Origin: Bacteroidia bacterium
Lineage (GTDB): Bacteria > Bacteroidota > Bacteroidia > UKL13-3
Assembly (NCBI GenBank): GCA_049318585.1
Contig: JBMOGB010000001.1
Coordinates: forward strand, 1-60,850
Length of the DNA stretch: 60,850 bases
Direction of reading: 5' to 3'
Positions 48,452 to 58,454 of the stretch are shown one piece after another (the first letter of the stretch is position 1; every line of letters begins with the position of its first letter). The notes beneath the pieces were generated by a model. The model was not told the origin of the DNA. It saw nothing but the letters and a program-made list of their open reading frames with translations, and searched no databases. The translations under genes were made by a program, and so were the position numbers.

Positions 48452-49457
48452 TTTCATATTCTATATATTTTAATTGTTCTTCTACTGTAGTATTTTTCTT
48501 CATAATATTACATCTTCTACAAATTATAGCAACATTATCTTCACTGTAATCTTTATTATTATCAATTGCATCTAAAGAAGCATAGCTTCCTAATAAACAA
48601 TTATCTAGCTGCATTATTGCTTTACAGCAAGGGCATTCATTACAACTATTAAATAATTTATGAAAATAATCTATTGATATTATAAACTTTCTATTTTTTA
48701 ATAAAACCGCTTTATTTTTATCAAAATATTTTTTTATTATATTATATCTATTGACATTTCTAATCTCAATTAAATTGTTTTGTTTATAGTTAGTCATATA
48801 ATTAATAATTAATCTTCTTTCATCTGTTGTTGCATTACCTCTTTTTGTATTGCAGTCTTTGCAAATGAAAGAAATATTACCAAAAATATAGCCTTTATTA
48901 TTATTTATTCTATCTATTGATAATGAATCTTTTGTATTATTTTTTTCAGCAGCAATAATCATTTGTTTGTTACATAATGGACATTTTAGGTTATTTTCAT
49001 AAGCTTTCTTTAGTTTTTTGTCTATATATTCTTCTGTTATGTTTATATTTAAATTTCTTTTTTGCCTTTTTATTGATAAGAATAAAATATGAGCGGTATT
49101 TGTTTTTTTTATATTCCTAATATTTTCTTTTGCTTTATTTGTGCATTTATTGCAATATTTTTTGTTATTTTCCACTGGGTTTACGCATGATAAACATATA
49201 TTACTTGCTAATCTTCTATTCTTTTTTTTGTTATATATTTTTTTTAAACAACTTTTGCATGTTATTTGCTCACTTTTTTCTCCACATTTAATACATAATT
49301 TATTTTCCTTGCTTTTATTATATTTTTCTTTATATTTTTGTTGCTTTTTAATTGAACATTCTTTGCAAGTTGTTCCTTTTATATTAAAAGGTTTATAACA
49401 GTAAATGCATTTATGTCCACTTTTTAATTTTTCATATTGTAATTTTGAGGTTGTCAT
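48438..49457 (-). CDS. HNH-like homing endonuclease with CxxC repeats and two tandem domains
   Basis: Six N-terminal CxxC; LSIDRINNNKGY..GN...CKDCN and ASLDAIDNNKDYSEDN...CRRCN; antisense. Confidence 0.75.
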   Translation of the reverse strand: MTTSKLQYEKLKSGHKCIYCYKPFNIKGTTCKECSIKKQQKYKEKYNKSKENKLCIKCGEKSEQITCKSCLKKIYNKKKNRRLASNICLSCVNPVENNKKYCNKCTNKAKENIRNIKKTNTAHILFLSIKRQKRNLNINITEEYIDKKLKKAYENNLKCPLCNKQMIIAAEKNNTKDSLSIDRINNNKGYIFGNISFICKDCNTKRGNATTDERRLIINYMTNYKQNNLIEIRNVNRYNIIKKYFDKNKAVLLKNRKFIISIDYFHKLFNSCNECPCCKAIMQLDNCLLGSYASLDAIDNNKDYSEDNVAIICRRCNIMKKNTTVEEQLKYIEYETIVS

Positions 49458-49560
49458 TTTTTTTACAAATAAATTAAATATTTTTTCTTGTTAAAATTAA
49501 TATATGGATTTTTTCATATGAATATTGCAATATAACATATAGAAGTCTTATGGAGATAAT

Positions 49561-50460
49561 ATGAGAAAAATAGCACAGCATTCAAGACCAACACATAATG
49601 ATGACGATTTTGATTTTCCATTCTCTGCCGAAGTGGATGAATGTGAAACCGACAATGATAACGATGATGCTGATGATGATACTGCCGATGAGGATTATAT
49701 AGAAGAAGAGTCTCAAATTGAAGTATCAGAGCACGGAGACAAAGGTGAACCTAAAACATATATATTTAAATTAGATATTGTTCCAGGCGCTGGGTCAGAT
49801 ACTGTTGAAGAAATGCAGGAAGAAGTTGAAATTGATGAAAAAACAAATACCCCAGTAGATGATTGGGATTGGGAATCTGGCGGATTATCTAAATTTTTAG
49901 AATGGCTAGAGGTTAGGTTCAAAGGTATTCCACAGCACAAAGGGCAAGACACTACTGGAGTAGAAAGAGCTTTAGCTTATTTCCAGCGTCTAGATACGGA
50001 AATTTCTCGCGCGATGAAGAAAGATTATAAGAGAGAAATTGATGCCTCTTCAGCAGAAGAAGCAAGAACAGAAATTATGAATGGTATGGATAGACTAATT
50101 GAACGTCTAGAAAAACTACGCAATAAAAAATTCAAAAAGAACAAAAAAGCTGGATATAATGCATTTGTAAAAACTGCAGAAACCTCAACAACTGGCAGAA
50201 TGATAGTTAATGTACCATATTTTATTTCAAATGTAGCTAGAACATGTATTGACGCTACAGTCCAAGGTGGTAAAGATATGGAAGAAGTCTTTGTAAAAGT
50301 TGCAAAAGAATATGACCTTGATAAACGAGAAAAATCGCAAGTTGTTCAATTAATTAAAGATATGGGTTATCCAATGATGTTGGATAGAGTAAATCCGTTC
50401 AAACCAATTAATCCATCAAGCAGTGAAGTTAGTGAATATATGACACAATATTACGCATAG
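49561..50460 (+). CDS. Hypothetical protein with acidic N-terminus, putative virion protein
   Basis: SD GGAG; MRKIAQ, NKKAG, VKTAE motifs. Confidence 0.75.
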   Translation: MRKIAQHSRPTHNDDDFDFPFSAEVDECETDNDNDDADDDTADEDYIEEESQIEVSEHGDKGEPKTYIFKLDIVPGAGSDTVEEMQEEVEIDEKTNTPVDDWDWESGGLSKFLEWLEVRFKGIPQHKGQDTTGVERALAYFQRLDTEISRAMKKDYKREIDASSAEEARTEIMNGMDRLIERLEKLRNKKFKKNKKAGYNAFVKTAETSTTGRMIVNVPYFISNVARTCIDATVQGGKDMEEVFVKVAKEYDLDKREKSQVVQLIKDMGYPMMLDRVNPFKPINPSSSEVSEYMTQYYA

Positions 50461-50467
50461 AGGATTT

Positions 50468-51022
50468 ATGGCAATAAGTAGAACAGATGAATATGAAAGA
50501 GTTATAGACAATTCAACAATTGCAGATACATATGCTATAAGATTGAATGCTTATAATTCAGGCAATAATTCAATCAATAACTCTTATAGTAGTATTAATA
50601 AAAAAATGAGCGTTGAGGAATATGTAAGCACTCTTATTAATCGGGCTGGTATGTCGGAATATATAAAAATGGTAAATTCTCAAGTTGATACTTCAAGAAC
50701 AAAAAAAGCTGGGAAAGCATCCTCTCTTTTAGAACTCCCCAAAATAAAAGAATCTGTTGATATTGCTATAAATAGTGGAAATGTTAAAACTACATTTGCT
50801 TTATTGGCAAATATTGAAGGACAAATAAGATTTGATGACCAAATTCCTGCTGAATTAAAAAATGTTATGGGAGATACTAAATTAAAAAATTATATTTCTG
50901 AAAGAATAAACAAAAATGATAAAGATTTTAGGCATTATGATTTTAGCGGTAATAAACCTATAGATAATCCAACAGATAGAAATAATAGTGAAATATTGCA
51001 AAATACAATAAAAAGCGTATAA
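50468..51022 (+). CDS. Hypothetical protein
   Basis: SD GAGG; directly upstream of terL. Confidence 0.7.
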   Translation: MAISRTDEYERVIDNSTIADTYAIRLNAYNSGNNSINNSYSSINKKMSVEEYVSTLINRAGMSEYIKMVNSQVDTSRTKKAGKASSLLELPKIKESVDIAINSGNVKTTFALLANIEGQIRFDDQIPAELKNVMGDTKLKNYISERINKNDKDFRHYDFSGNKPIDNPTDRNNSEILQNTIKSV

Positions 51023-51023
51023 T

Positions 51024-52958
51024 ATGGCTCAAAATGAAACCGATCTTAAAACATCTGAAGAAATTTTTGCAAGAGCTAAGTTTTCATTAGAGAATATAGA
51101 CCCGGTATTTTTCTGCGAAAATAATCTAACACTTGATGGAAGACCATTTAGAATAAGAAAAAATGGTTATAAACCTTTCGTAGAAATGTATAGATATATT
51201 GGAATCAAAGCATTAACAAAACAATCAAAACCAATCGTTTTAGTAAAAGGACGCCAAGTTGGAGCAACAACAATGGGCGTTAATTTAGAAATGTTTTTTA
51301 TGGGAAGCGGATTGTTTGGTGTTAATGGTAGACCACCAATGCGTATAATGCATTTATATCCTATGCTTGAATCAGCAAAAGCATATTCAAAAACAAAATT
51401 AAATCAAACTATTGTGCAATCAAAGCCAATAAGCGTAAAAAATAAAACTAAAGGTATTATGGAATCGTTATTGTCAGATAATACTGGAGGTGATTCTGTA
51501 CATTTTAAAGAATTTATAAATGGAAACCATATTTGGGTAGAATCTGTTGGCGTTAATGCGGACAGATTGCGCGGTAGAACTGCAGACCTTATGTTTTTCG
51601 ATGAAGTTCAAGATATGTTTAAAAGAGCTATTCTTAATGCTGAACAACTTTTAAAGAAATCACAATATGGTCCTCCAGGCTCCGGTATAAAAATATATAT
51701 GGGAACTCCTAAAGATAAAGATTCAATGTATTATGATATTTGGATCAATTCTACTCAAAATTATTTTTATTTAGGCTGTGAATATTGTGGAGAATTATTT
51801 CCGTTATATACGCCAGAATCTGATGACTGGGAAAAAATTTGGCTGGAAGGATATTACCCCAAATGCGATCATTGTGATAAAAGCTTTAGTGAAAAAAAAC
51901 ATAATGGTTTCCAAGTGAGATGCACTAAATGTAAACATGTTCAAGACAAAAGAGATGCTGCAGAAAAAGGGCAATGGATTGGAAAGCCAGAAGATGATTG
52001 TAAATATGTTGGCTTCCATATAAATGTTTTATATATGCCTGAATATACTAGAGAGTCTATTGTCGCCCAAAAGCCAGGAGTAAGCGTTACAGTTGACGAA
52101 ACTGCATGGAAAAATGAAGTGCTTGGAGAGTTTTATGCTGGTGGAGGAATAGTTGTAACATCAGAAGAAATTAGAAGAAATTGCGCAGACTTTGACAGAA
52201 AAATGCGCAAAATCATTCTTCCAGAAGAATGCACAAATGATAGAAATGTTTATCTTGGATGTGACTGGGGAAAAAAAGTTGATGTTGTTAATACTAAAGA
52301 TGGTGATTCTAGACAAAAAAAAGGCTCTTATAGCTGTGTAGTTATATTGAAAGTGGAAGGTCCAGAATTATTTACAATCCAATTTGCAACTAAACTTATA
52401 AATAATGATGAACATTATAAACTTGAGTTTTTAGAACAAGCTATGATGAATTATAATGTAAAAGCAGCAGTTGGTGACGTTGGCTTTGCTTATGACTTTA
52501 TGAAAAAAGTTAATAATACATTTGGCAATAATTTCGTTGCAAGCGAAGCTTCTGGGCATCAAATTAATGGAAAGGCAAAATTTGCTGGCGATGATGAACC
52601 ACCAACAATTAGATTTGAACATGATTATTATATAGAGAAGATGTTTAAATTGTTTAGAACTGGAGCAATAAGATTCCCATTTAGAGACTGGGAAAATATT
52701 GGGTGGCTAGTACAACACTGCACTAACATGGTCGCTAAACCGCAAGCTGATAAACATGGAAATGTTATCATGAGATACTCAAAAGGGTCTATCCCCAATG
52801 ACGGTTTCATGGCATTAATAAATGCCTACCTGGCTTATGAATATGATATTACTAATGGGTATAAAGTAATGAAAAATACAATACCAGCTGAGCAAATGAA
52901 TAAATATAGAATATCAGCAATTGGTGCTCATGTCCCTGGTATGAGAATAACTCTATAA
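51024..52958 (+). CDS. terL: Terminase large subunit (lambda GpA-like)
   Basis: LVKGRQVGATT Walker A, LRGRTAD, LMFFDEVQD Walker B, MGTP, zinc ribbon, NEVLGEFY, nuclease GCDWG, NDGFMA. Confidence 0.88.
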   Translation: MAQNETDLKTSEEIFARAKFSLENIDPVFFCENNLTLDGRPFRIRKNGYKPFVEMYRYIGIKALTKQSKPIVLVKGRQVGATTMGVNLEMFFMGSGLFGVNGRPPMRIMHLYPMLESAKAYSKTKLNQTIVQSKPISVKNKTKGIMESLLSDNTGGDSVHFKEFINGNHIWVESVGVNADRLRGRTADLMFFDEVQDMFKRAILNAEQLLKKSQYGPPGSGIKIYMGTPKDKDSMYYDIWINSTQNYFYLGCEYCGELFPLYTPESDDWEKIWLEGYYPKCDHCDKSFSEKKHNGFQVRCTKCKHVQDKRDAAEKGQWIGKPEDDCKYVGFHINVLYMPEYTRESIVAQKPGVSVTVDETAWKNEVLGEFYAGGGIVVTSEEIRRNCADFDRKMRKIILPEECTNDRNVYLGCDWGKKVDVVNTKDGDSRQKKGSYSCVVILKVEGPELFTIQFATKLINNDEHYKLEFLEQAMMNYNVKAAVGDVGFAYDFMKKVNNTFGNNFVASEASGHQINGKAKFAGDDEPPTIRFEHDYYIEKMFKLFRTGAIRFPFRDWENIGWLVQHCTNMVAKPQADKHGNVIMRYSKGSIPNDGFMALINAYLAYEYDITNGYKVMKNTIPAEQMNKYRISAIGAHVPGMRITL

Positions 52959-54323
52959 TCAAACCTGATTAAAATACAAAACAACATCATCATAATTATT
53001 TGGAACCTCAATATTTAGTTCTAAGCATTTTGATTTTATAAAATCTTTTAATTTTTCCTTTGTAAAAACTTTATCAAAATATGGAATAATAATTAACTTA
53101 ACATTATTTTGCTTGCATAAACATATCTTTAACTTATCTCTTTGCTTTTGCTTATTTAATTTTTCTTCAGTTCCTTTAAACTTTTGGATTATATTATAAT
53201 GTTGTTGCCCTTGATATTCAAATGCAATGTTTAATTCTTTACAATATCCATCCAGTTCAAGCCTTGTTCTCATATCATTTATATTTGTTGCCATCCAATT
53301 TGGTTTATATTTAATAAATGGAAAATTAAATAACTTTTCAAAAACATATTTGCAACATTTTTCATTAAATCCGCTTGAGCAAATTGGGCACCATCGTTTT
53401 TTATTACAAATCATTGACCAGTTTGATTTCCAAACATGTCCGTGCTTGCATTTCCATTCCATTTTGGTATGGTTATTTTTATAAGATTCCGTTAAGCAAA
53501 AAGAGCCTGGATGATTCTTTGTTAAGAAATCATATATATTTTGCATTGTTGGCTTTGATAATTTTGAACAATATGGGCACCAGTTATTATGATAATGAAC
53601 ATCTCTCCATCTTGCAAACCAAGAATTATTGCATTTTTCGCATTGCCATTCTAATGGGGTTCTGTTGTTAACATAATTTTGTGATAAACATTTTCCATCA
53701 ATATGATTTTCATTAATCCATTTTTTAATAAATTCCAAATTATATTTTGCCTTTTTTGCGCAATATGGACACCAATGTTTTTTATTATATAAATTTGCCC
53801 ATGATGCGTTCCATTTATGATTATTCCCACAATCCCATTCCATTTTTGTTTGATTATTTTTATAAATTTTTGTTAAGCATTTCCCATTTGGGAAATTTCC
53901 AAGAATCCAATTGTTAATAAATTCCATTGTTGGTTTTGCATTATTTGCGCATTTTGGGCACCAGTTATTATCCTTATGAACCGCAAGCCAAGTTGCCTGC
54001 CATATATAATTGCATTTACCACATTGCCATTTCATCGCTGTTCTATTATTAACATATTCTATGGATAGGCATTTGCCATTTGGTTTACAAACGAGCCATT
54101 CATTAATAATATTTAAAGAATGCTTGTTGTTACCAGAGCAATATGGGCACCAAGAGTTTAAACCATAAACATTATGGAAAGTTGCTTGCCATTGATGATT
54201 CTCTTTGCATTCCCAATTCATTTTTGTTCTGCTATTAATGTAAAAAGAATCTAAGCACTTTCCTTCAGACTGATTTTGATTGATCCAATTGTTGATAAAT
54301 TCCATTGTAATTTTGGTTTTCAT
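52959..54323 (-). CDS. Zinc-ribbon repeat protein with C-terminal PD-(D/E)XK/Vsr-like nuclease, putative homing endonuclease
   Basis: Five ~63-aa repeats W.C...H/C.W.A......WCP.C; LELDGYCKELNIAFEYQGQQHY; probable ATG at 54323. Confidence 0.8.
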   Translation of the reverse strand: MKTKITMEFINNWINQNQSEGKCLDSFYINSRTKMNWECKENHQWQATFHNVYGLNSWCPYCSGNNKHSLNIINEWLVCKPNGKCLSIEYVNNRTAMKWQCGKCNYIWQATWLAVHKDNNWCPKCANNAKPTMEFINNWILGNFPNGKCLTKIYKNNQTKMEWDCGNNHKWNASWANLYNKKHWCPYCAKKAKYNLEFIKKWINENHIDGKCLSQNYVNNRTPLEWQCEKCNNSWFARWRDVHYHNNWCPYCSKLSKPTMQNIYDFLTKNHPGSFCLTESYKNNHTKMEWKCKHGHVWKSNWSMICNKKRWCPICSSGFNEKCCKYVFEKLFNFPFIKYKPNWMATNINDMRTRLELDGYCKELNIAFEYQGQQHYNIIQKFKGTEEKLNKQKQRDKLKICLCKQNNVKLIIIPYFDKVFTKEKLKDFIKSKCLELNIEVPNNYDDVVLYFNQV

Positions 54324-54379
54324 ATTATTATATATAACAATTTGGGCTATATCGTTCAATTATGTTATATATAGCTATA

Positions 54380-56191
54380 ATGGATAATCAAGATAAACAA
54401 AAGTATGCTGTAAGTAATAGCGAAAAATATGTTTTAGCTAGGAAAGGGATACCGCAAGCGCCTTCTTATAAAACAACAAAGAATATGAGCCAGCAAAGAT
54501 TTGCAGAAGTTCAAAATCAAATTGAAAGAGGAGAATTTACGCAGTCTTTTGCTGGAGGAGACAGCTCAATTGAAAGTAAAATAAAAACAAGTGAAATGTC
54601 ATATGCTTGTATTGCAAGAGGCGCAAATACAGAGTTAAAAAAAGATGCAGATTTAAAAAAACTTGGGGCTACAGCAACAAGTAATCAGAGCGGAAATGCT
54701 TGGAGTGGATCTGGAGGGACTGTAAGACAAGGACCTGAAGTATATTCTCCATTATGGTTAACATCAAATACGCATATCCCAAGAGACAGAGGAACTACTA
54801 ATGCTTGGTGTAGAGCTTATTTTGCTTTAAATCCAATAGTAAATAATGCATTATCTTTACATTCAACTTATCCAATTGCAAAATTAAATATAAAATGCCC
54901 AAATAAAGAAGTTGAAACTTTCTTTAGCGAAATGGCTGATGAAATGGATTTATTAAATGTTTGCGTTCAAATGGCTCAAGAGTTCTTTGTAATTGGAGAG
55001 GTATTTCCATTATTAGAGCTTGATGAAAAAACTGGAAAATGGGCAAGATGTGTAATACAAAATCCTGATTATATGTATGTAAAAAGAACGGCAATAGCAT
55101 CTGAGCCTGAAATAAGCTTAAGACCAGATCCAGAATTAAGGAAAATTGTTCTTGATAATGATTCTGAGTCAGTAAAATTAAGAAAACAATTGCCTCCAGA
55201 TATAGTTAAATATGTAAAGGCTGGTAAAAATATTCCATTAGATAATTTTTATATTTCACATCTGGCTAGAAGAATTAGCGCATATGAAACAAGAGGCACA
55301 AGTATGATTGTATCTTGTTTTAAAGCATTAATGCTTTGGGACAAAGTAAGGGAATGTAAATATGCACAAGCGGATAATTTAATTAATCCTATAACATTGG
55401 TTAAACTTGGAGGAGCTGCAGATGCCGAATTCAAAGTAACTCCAGCAGATCTTGAAACGTGGCGGCAATTGCTTGAGGAGGCTCAGTTTGATAAAGATTT
55501 TAAAATAATAACTCATGGTTCTGTAACAATTGAAAGAATTAGCGGGGCTCAAGTTATAGATGTCTCTGCCGACATAACTCAATTGATAAAAGAAATATAT
55601 ATTGGGTTAATGGTACCACAGGTAATTATGGAATCTGGAGATATAACATATGCAAACGGTACATTAAGCCTTGATGTATTAAGGCAGAGATATTTGCAAT
55701 TTCAGAACATGTTGGCTAAATGGATTAAGCGGAGAGTATTTGCTCCAATATCTCAAATTCATGATTTTTGGGAAAGAAAAGATGGAGAAAAGAAATTAAT
55801 TATTCCAGATATTGAATGGAATCATATGAGTTTATTCGATTTGAATGATTATATTCAACAATTAAGTCTGCTCACTGGCGAAAGAAAATTGGTATCTGTT
55901 CATACATTATATAGATCATTAGGTCTTGATTATGAAGATGAACAAAGATTAATTAGGAAAGAAAGCGTTGACCAAGCAATTCATAAACGGGAAGAAGAAA
56001 CCTTGAATAAACTTAGCCTTACAGAACTTAAGGCATTGGATGATGATGATGAGATTCCAGACATTCCAGATCAACCAGTGCCTGGAGAATCTCCAGATGA
56101 GAATCCAGCGGCTGGTGGAGAAGCTGGCGGCGGCGGAATGGGCGGAATGGGCGGAATGCCGCCACCGCCAGCTGGTGCTCCCCCAACATAA
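54380..56191 (+). CDS. Portal protein
   Basis: Follows terL; NPIVNNAL, FFVIGEVF, HLARRISAYETRGTSMI, EIYIGLMVP, SVHTLYRSLGLDYEDE, acidic and Gly/Pro tail; probable ATG at 54380. Confidence 0.8.
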   Translation: MDNQDKQKYAVSNSEKYVLARKGIPQAPSYKTTKNMSQQRFAEVQNQIERGEFTQSFAGGDSSIESKIKTSEMSYACIARGANTELKKDADLKKLGATATSNQSGNAWSGSGGTVRQGPEVYSPLWLTSNTHIPRDRGTTNAWCRAYFALNPIVNNALSLHSTYPIAKLNIKCPNKEVETFFSEMADEMDLLNVCVQMAQEFFVIGEVFPLLELDEKTGKWARCVIQNPDYMYVKRTAIASEPEISLRPDPELRKIVLDNDSESVKLRKQLPPDIVKYVKAGKNIPLDNFYISHLARRISAYETRGTSMIVSCFKALMLWDKVRECKYAQADNLINPITLVKLGGAADAEFKVTPADLETWRQLLEEAQFDKDFKIITHGSVTIERISGAQVIDVSADITQLIKEIYIGLMVPQVIMESGDITYANGTLSLDVLRQRYLQFQNMLAKWIKRRVFAPISQIHDFWERKDGEKKLIIPDIEWNHMSLFDLNDYIQQLSLLTGERKLVSVHTLYRSLGLDYEDEQRLIRKESVDQAIHKREEETLNKLSLTELKALDDDDEIPDIPDQPVPGESPDENPAAGGEAGGGGMGGMGGMPPPPAGAPPT

Positions 56192-56255
56192 AAAATAATA
56201 ATTCCTGCTAATCAAAACATATAATATTGTAATATATTGTTTAGGAGTTTTTCTT

Positions 56256-58442
56256 ATGCAAAAAATAAAAAAAGAAGCGCAAGCGTTAACTAAATTGAAG
56301 GAGTTTGTCCTTCCAACTGGAAGAAGGAAGACGCTTAGAGTCTCTCCTGTTAGATTTGTTGGAAAAGAATTATTAAGGATGCGATCTCCTGACATATATG
56401 CGGAAGCTTTAGATAAAATAGAAGAAATTGATCAATTACTTAGAGAAGTAGTTAGTAATCAAAATATTACTTTAGCGGAAATGGATTCGTGGTTTGGTTC
56501 AAAGCGAGGTTTGTCTTCTCCAAATTTTGCAAAATCTGGTCTTAAATTTATAAGGCAGCAAGCCATTATAATTGGGGCAAGAAATAAATTAGATTCTTTA
56601 TTTAAAGGAAAAGGGGTACAACAAGAAATTGAAAGAGATATTGGAAAAACTCCAGAAAAAGAGCATGATTATAGCAAAACTGAGGATATGGAAGGGAAAT
56701 TAAATGCAATAAGCAGTATGTATAATAAGCTTTGCAAGCAAGCATATATGGCTGAAATGCTTGGTGGGGCATATTGGAGAAGCAGAACAAAAAGTGGAAG
56801 AGAATTCGTAAAAAGATTTAATACAGTCTTTAGTAAATTTAGACAAGTGCATAATAGCAACTTGCAAATTTTAAAAAACTTGGATGAACTTTTGGATATT
56901 GGAGACCCTGGAGAATATGCAAATGCAATGAAAAGATTTGTTGATTTTAACACATTGCAAGATAACGCCTTTAATACAGCTTGGGGCTTTTTCCACCAAT
57001 ATATAGAAACTGAAAATAAAGAATTTGAAACCAAAAATTTCATGGAACGAATTACTTTGTTGAAAACACAACATGAAAATGCTGAAGGCGGTCATAAAGA
57101 TAATATTAAAGGTAAAGCGCTCGCTTTATTAAAAAAAGATTTTGCTGGAATTATTTCAAAATTAAATAAAGAACAAGCAATAACATTATTAGATATATCA
57201 ACTTATTTTGATGATAAAACTTATATTACCGGCACTAAAACAGCAATAGCGACAATAACGAAAAAAGAAGCAGAAGCAGCTGCAGCAGCAGCAGCAGCAG
57301 CAGAAGCAGCAGCAGCACCAGCAGCACCACCAGCAGCAGAAGTAGCAGCAGCAGCACCAGCAGCGCCAGCAGCAGCACCAGCAGCATCAACACCAATAGA
57401 AACAGCAGCAGCACCAGCAGCAGAAGTAGAAGAAGAAGAAGCAGCAGAAGTAGAAGAAGAAGAAGCAGCAACAGAAGTAGCAGTAACAAAAGTAGCAGTA
57501 ACAACAGGATCTTATCAAGCAGCGGTATCATTTATAAAAACGGCAAAGCGCGACAAACAATATTGGAATAGTTTATATAGTATAAATAAAAAGACAGCAG
57601 CCAGTGATGATTGGAAAGTAAAAAAATCAGTTCCAGCAGCGGCACCTTCTGGACCAACGCCATCATTTGGCGATGATTCATGGAAGGAAAAAAGACCCTT
57701 TCCAGCGGCACCTCCCTTTCCAGCGGCACCTTCTGGACCAACGCGAGAAGCTCCACCAAGTCCATCATGGCGCAGCAAAGAAAAGGCAATAGTGCCTTCA
57801 GAGATAAAACAAGAACCTGTATTTAATCCTTCCATACCTACATGGGGAGATAGACCGCATAATGTTCCTTTAACATTAACGCGAGAAGCTCCAGCAATTA
57901 GCAGATATGCACCAGTTGAACAAGCAGACCCATTTACAGAAATCCAAAATAAAGAAAGAGTTAAGCCTGCTGAAATATCTAGACCAGAAGTTGAAAGAAG
58001 AATAGCGCCACCAGCATCTATAGCTAGAGAAGTTGAAGAAGAGGATGTTGATACTAGTTCAAATATTACGCCTGAAAATGATGATGTAAAGCAAGCGGCA
58101 AAAATTGCATATGACGTAAAAAAAATATTTAATAGAGTTTTAAAAAATAGCAAAAATATATTTATTTTTAGACCAGCATTAAGAGCAGAATTGGCAAAAA
58201 TAGGTTTGCAAAATTTTGAATCAATAGTTGGTACCAATCTTAATAGATTGTCGATACATCGTAGCACATATTTTTTGGTTATACCAGGAAGCCCAACAAT
58301 AGACCAAAAAAATGATTCTGAATATTTTGAATTTAAAGGAAATGGAAATAAAATAAAAAAATTAGATAAAGTAGCTTGCTTCATTTCTGCTGGCGGGCTT
58401 GAAGGTAAGATAAAAGGCGAAATAACAATAGATGAAGACTAA
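56256..58442 (+). CDS. Large protein with Ala/Glu/Pro low-complexity centre, putative virion protein
   Basis: SD AGGAG; several KxA motifs. Confidence 0.75.
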   Translation: MQKIKKEAQALTKLKEFVLPTGRRKTLRVSPVRFVGKELLRMRSPDIYAEALDKIEEIDQLLREVVSNQNITLAEMDSWFGSKRGLSSPNFAKSGLKFIRQQAIIIGARNKLDSLFKGKGVQQEIERDIGKTPEKEHDYSKTEDMEGKLNAISSMYNKLCKQAYMAEMLGGAYWRSRTKSGREFVKRFNTVFSKFRQVHNSNLQILKNLDELLDIGDPGEYANAMKRFVDFNTLQDNAFNTAWGFFHQYIETENKEFETKNFMERITLLKTQHENAEGGHKDNIKGKALALLKKDFAGIISKLNKEQAITLLDISTYFDDKTYITGTKTAIATITKKEAEAAAAAAAAAEAAAAPAAPPAAEVAAAAPAAPAAAPAASTPIETAAAPAAEVEEEEAAEVEEEEAATEVAVTKVAVTTGSYQAAVSFIKTAKRDKQYWNSLYSINKKTAASDDWKVKKSVPAAAPSGPTPSFGDDSWKEKRPFPAAPPFPAAPSGPTREAPPSPSWRSKEKAIVPSEIKQEPVFNPSIPTWGDRPHNVPLTLTREAPAISRYAPVEQADPFTEIQNKERVKPAEISRPEVERRIAPPASIAREVEEEDVDTSSNITPENDDVKQAAKIAYDVKKIFNRVLKNSKNIFIFRPALRAELAKIGLQNFESIVGTNLNRLSIHRSTYFLVIPGSPTIDQKNDSEYFEFKGNGNKIKKLDKVACFISAGGLEGKIKGEITIDED
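57263..57506 (+). repeat. (GCA)n-based tract including 24-bp gcagcagaagtagaagaagaagaa x2
   Basis: Read directly; almost every codon ends in A. Confidence 0.9.
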
Positions 58443-58454
58443 GCGAACATTAAA

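Noticed and set aside
57235-58384. Minus-strand poly-Leu ORF and 289-aa ORF
   Set aside because: Antisense to the low-complexity part of 56256..58442; stop-free because of the repeat composition
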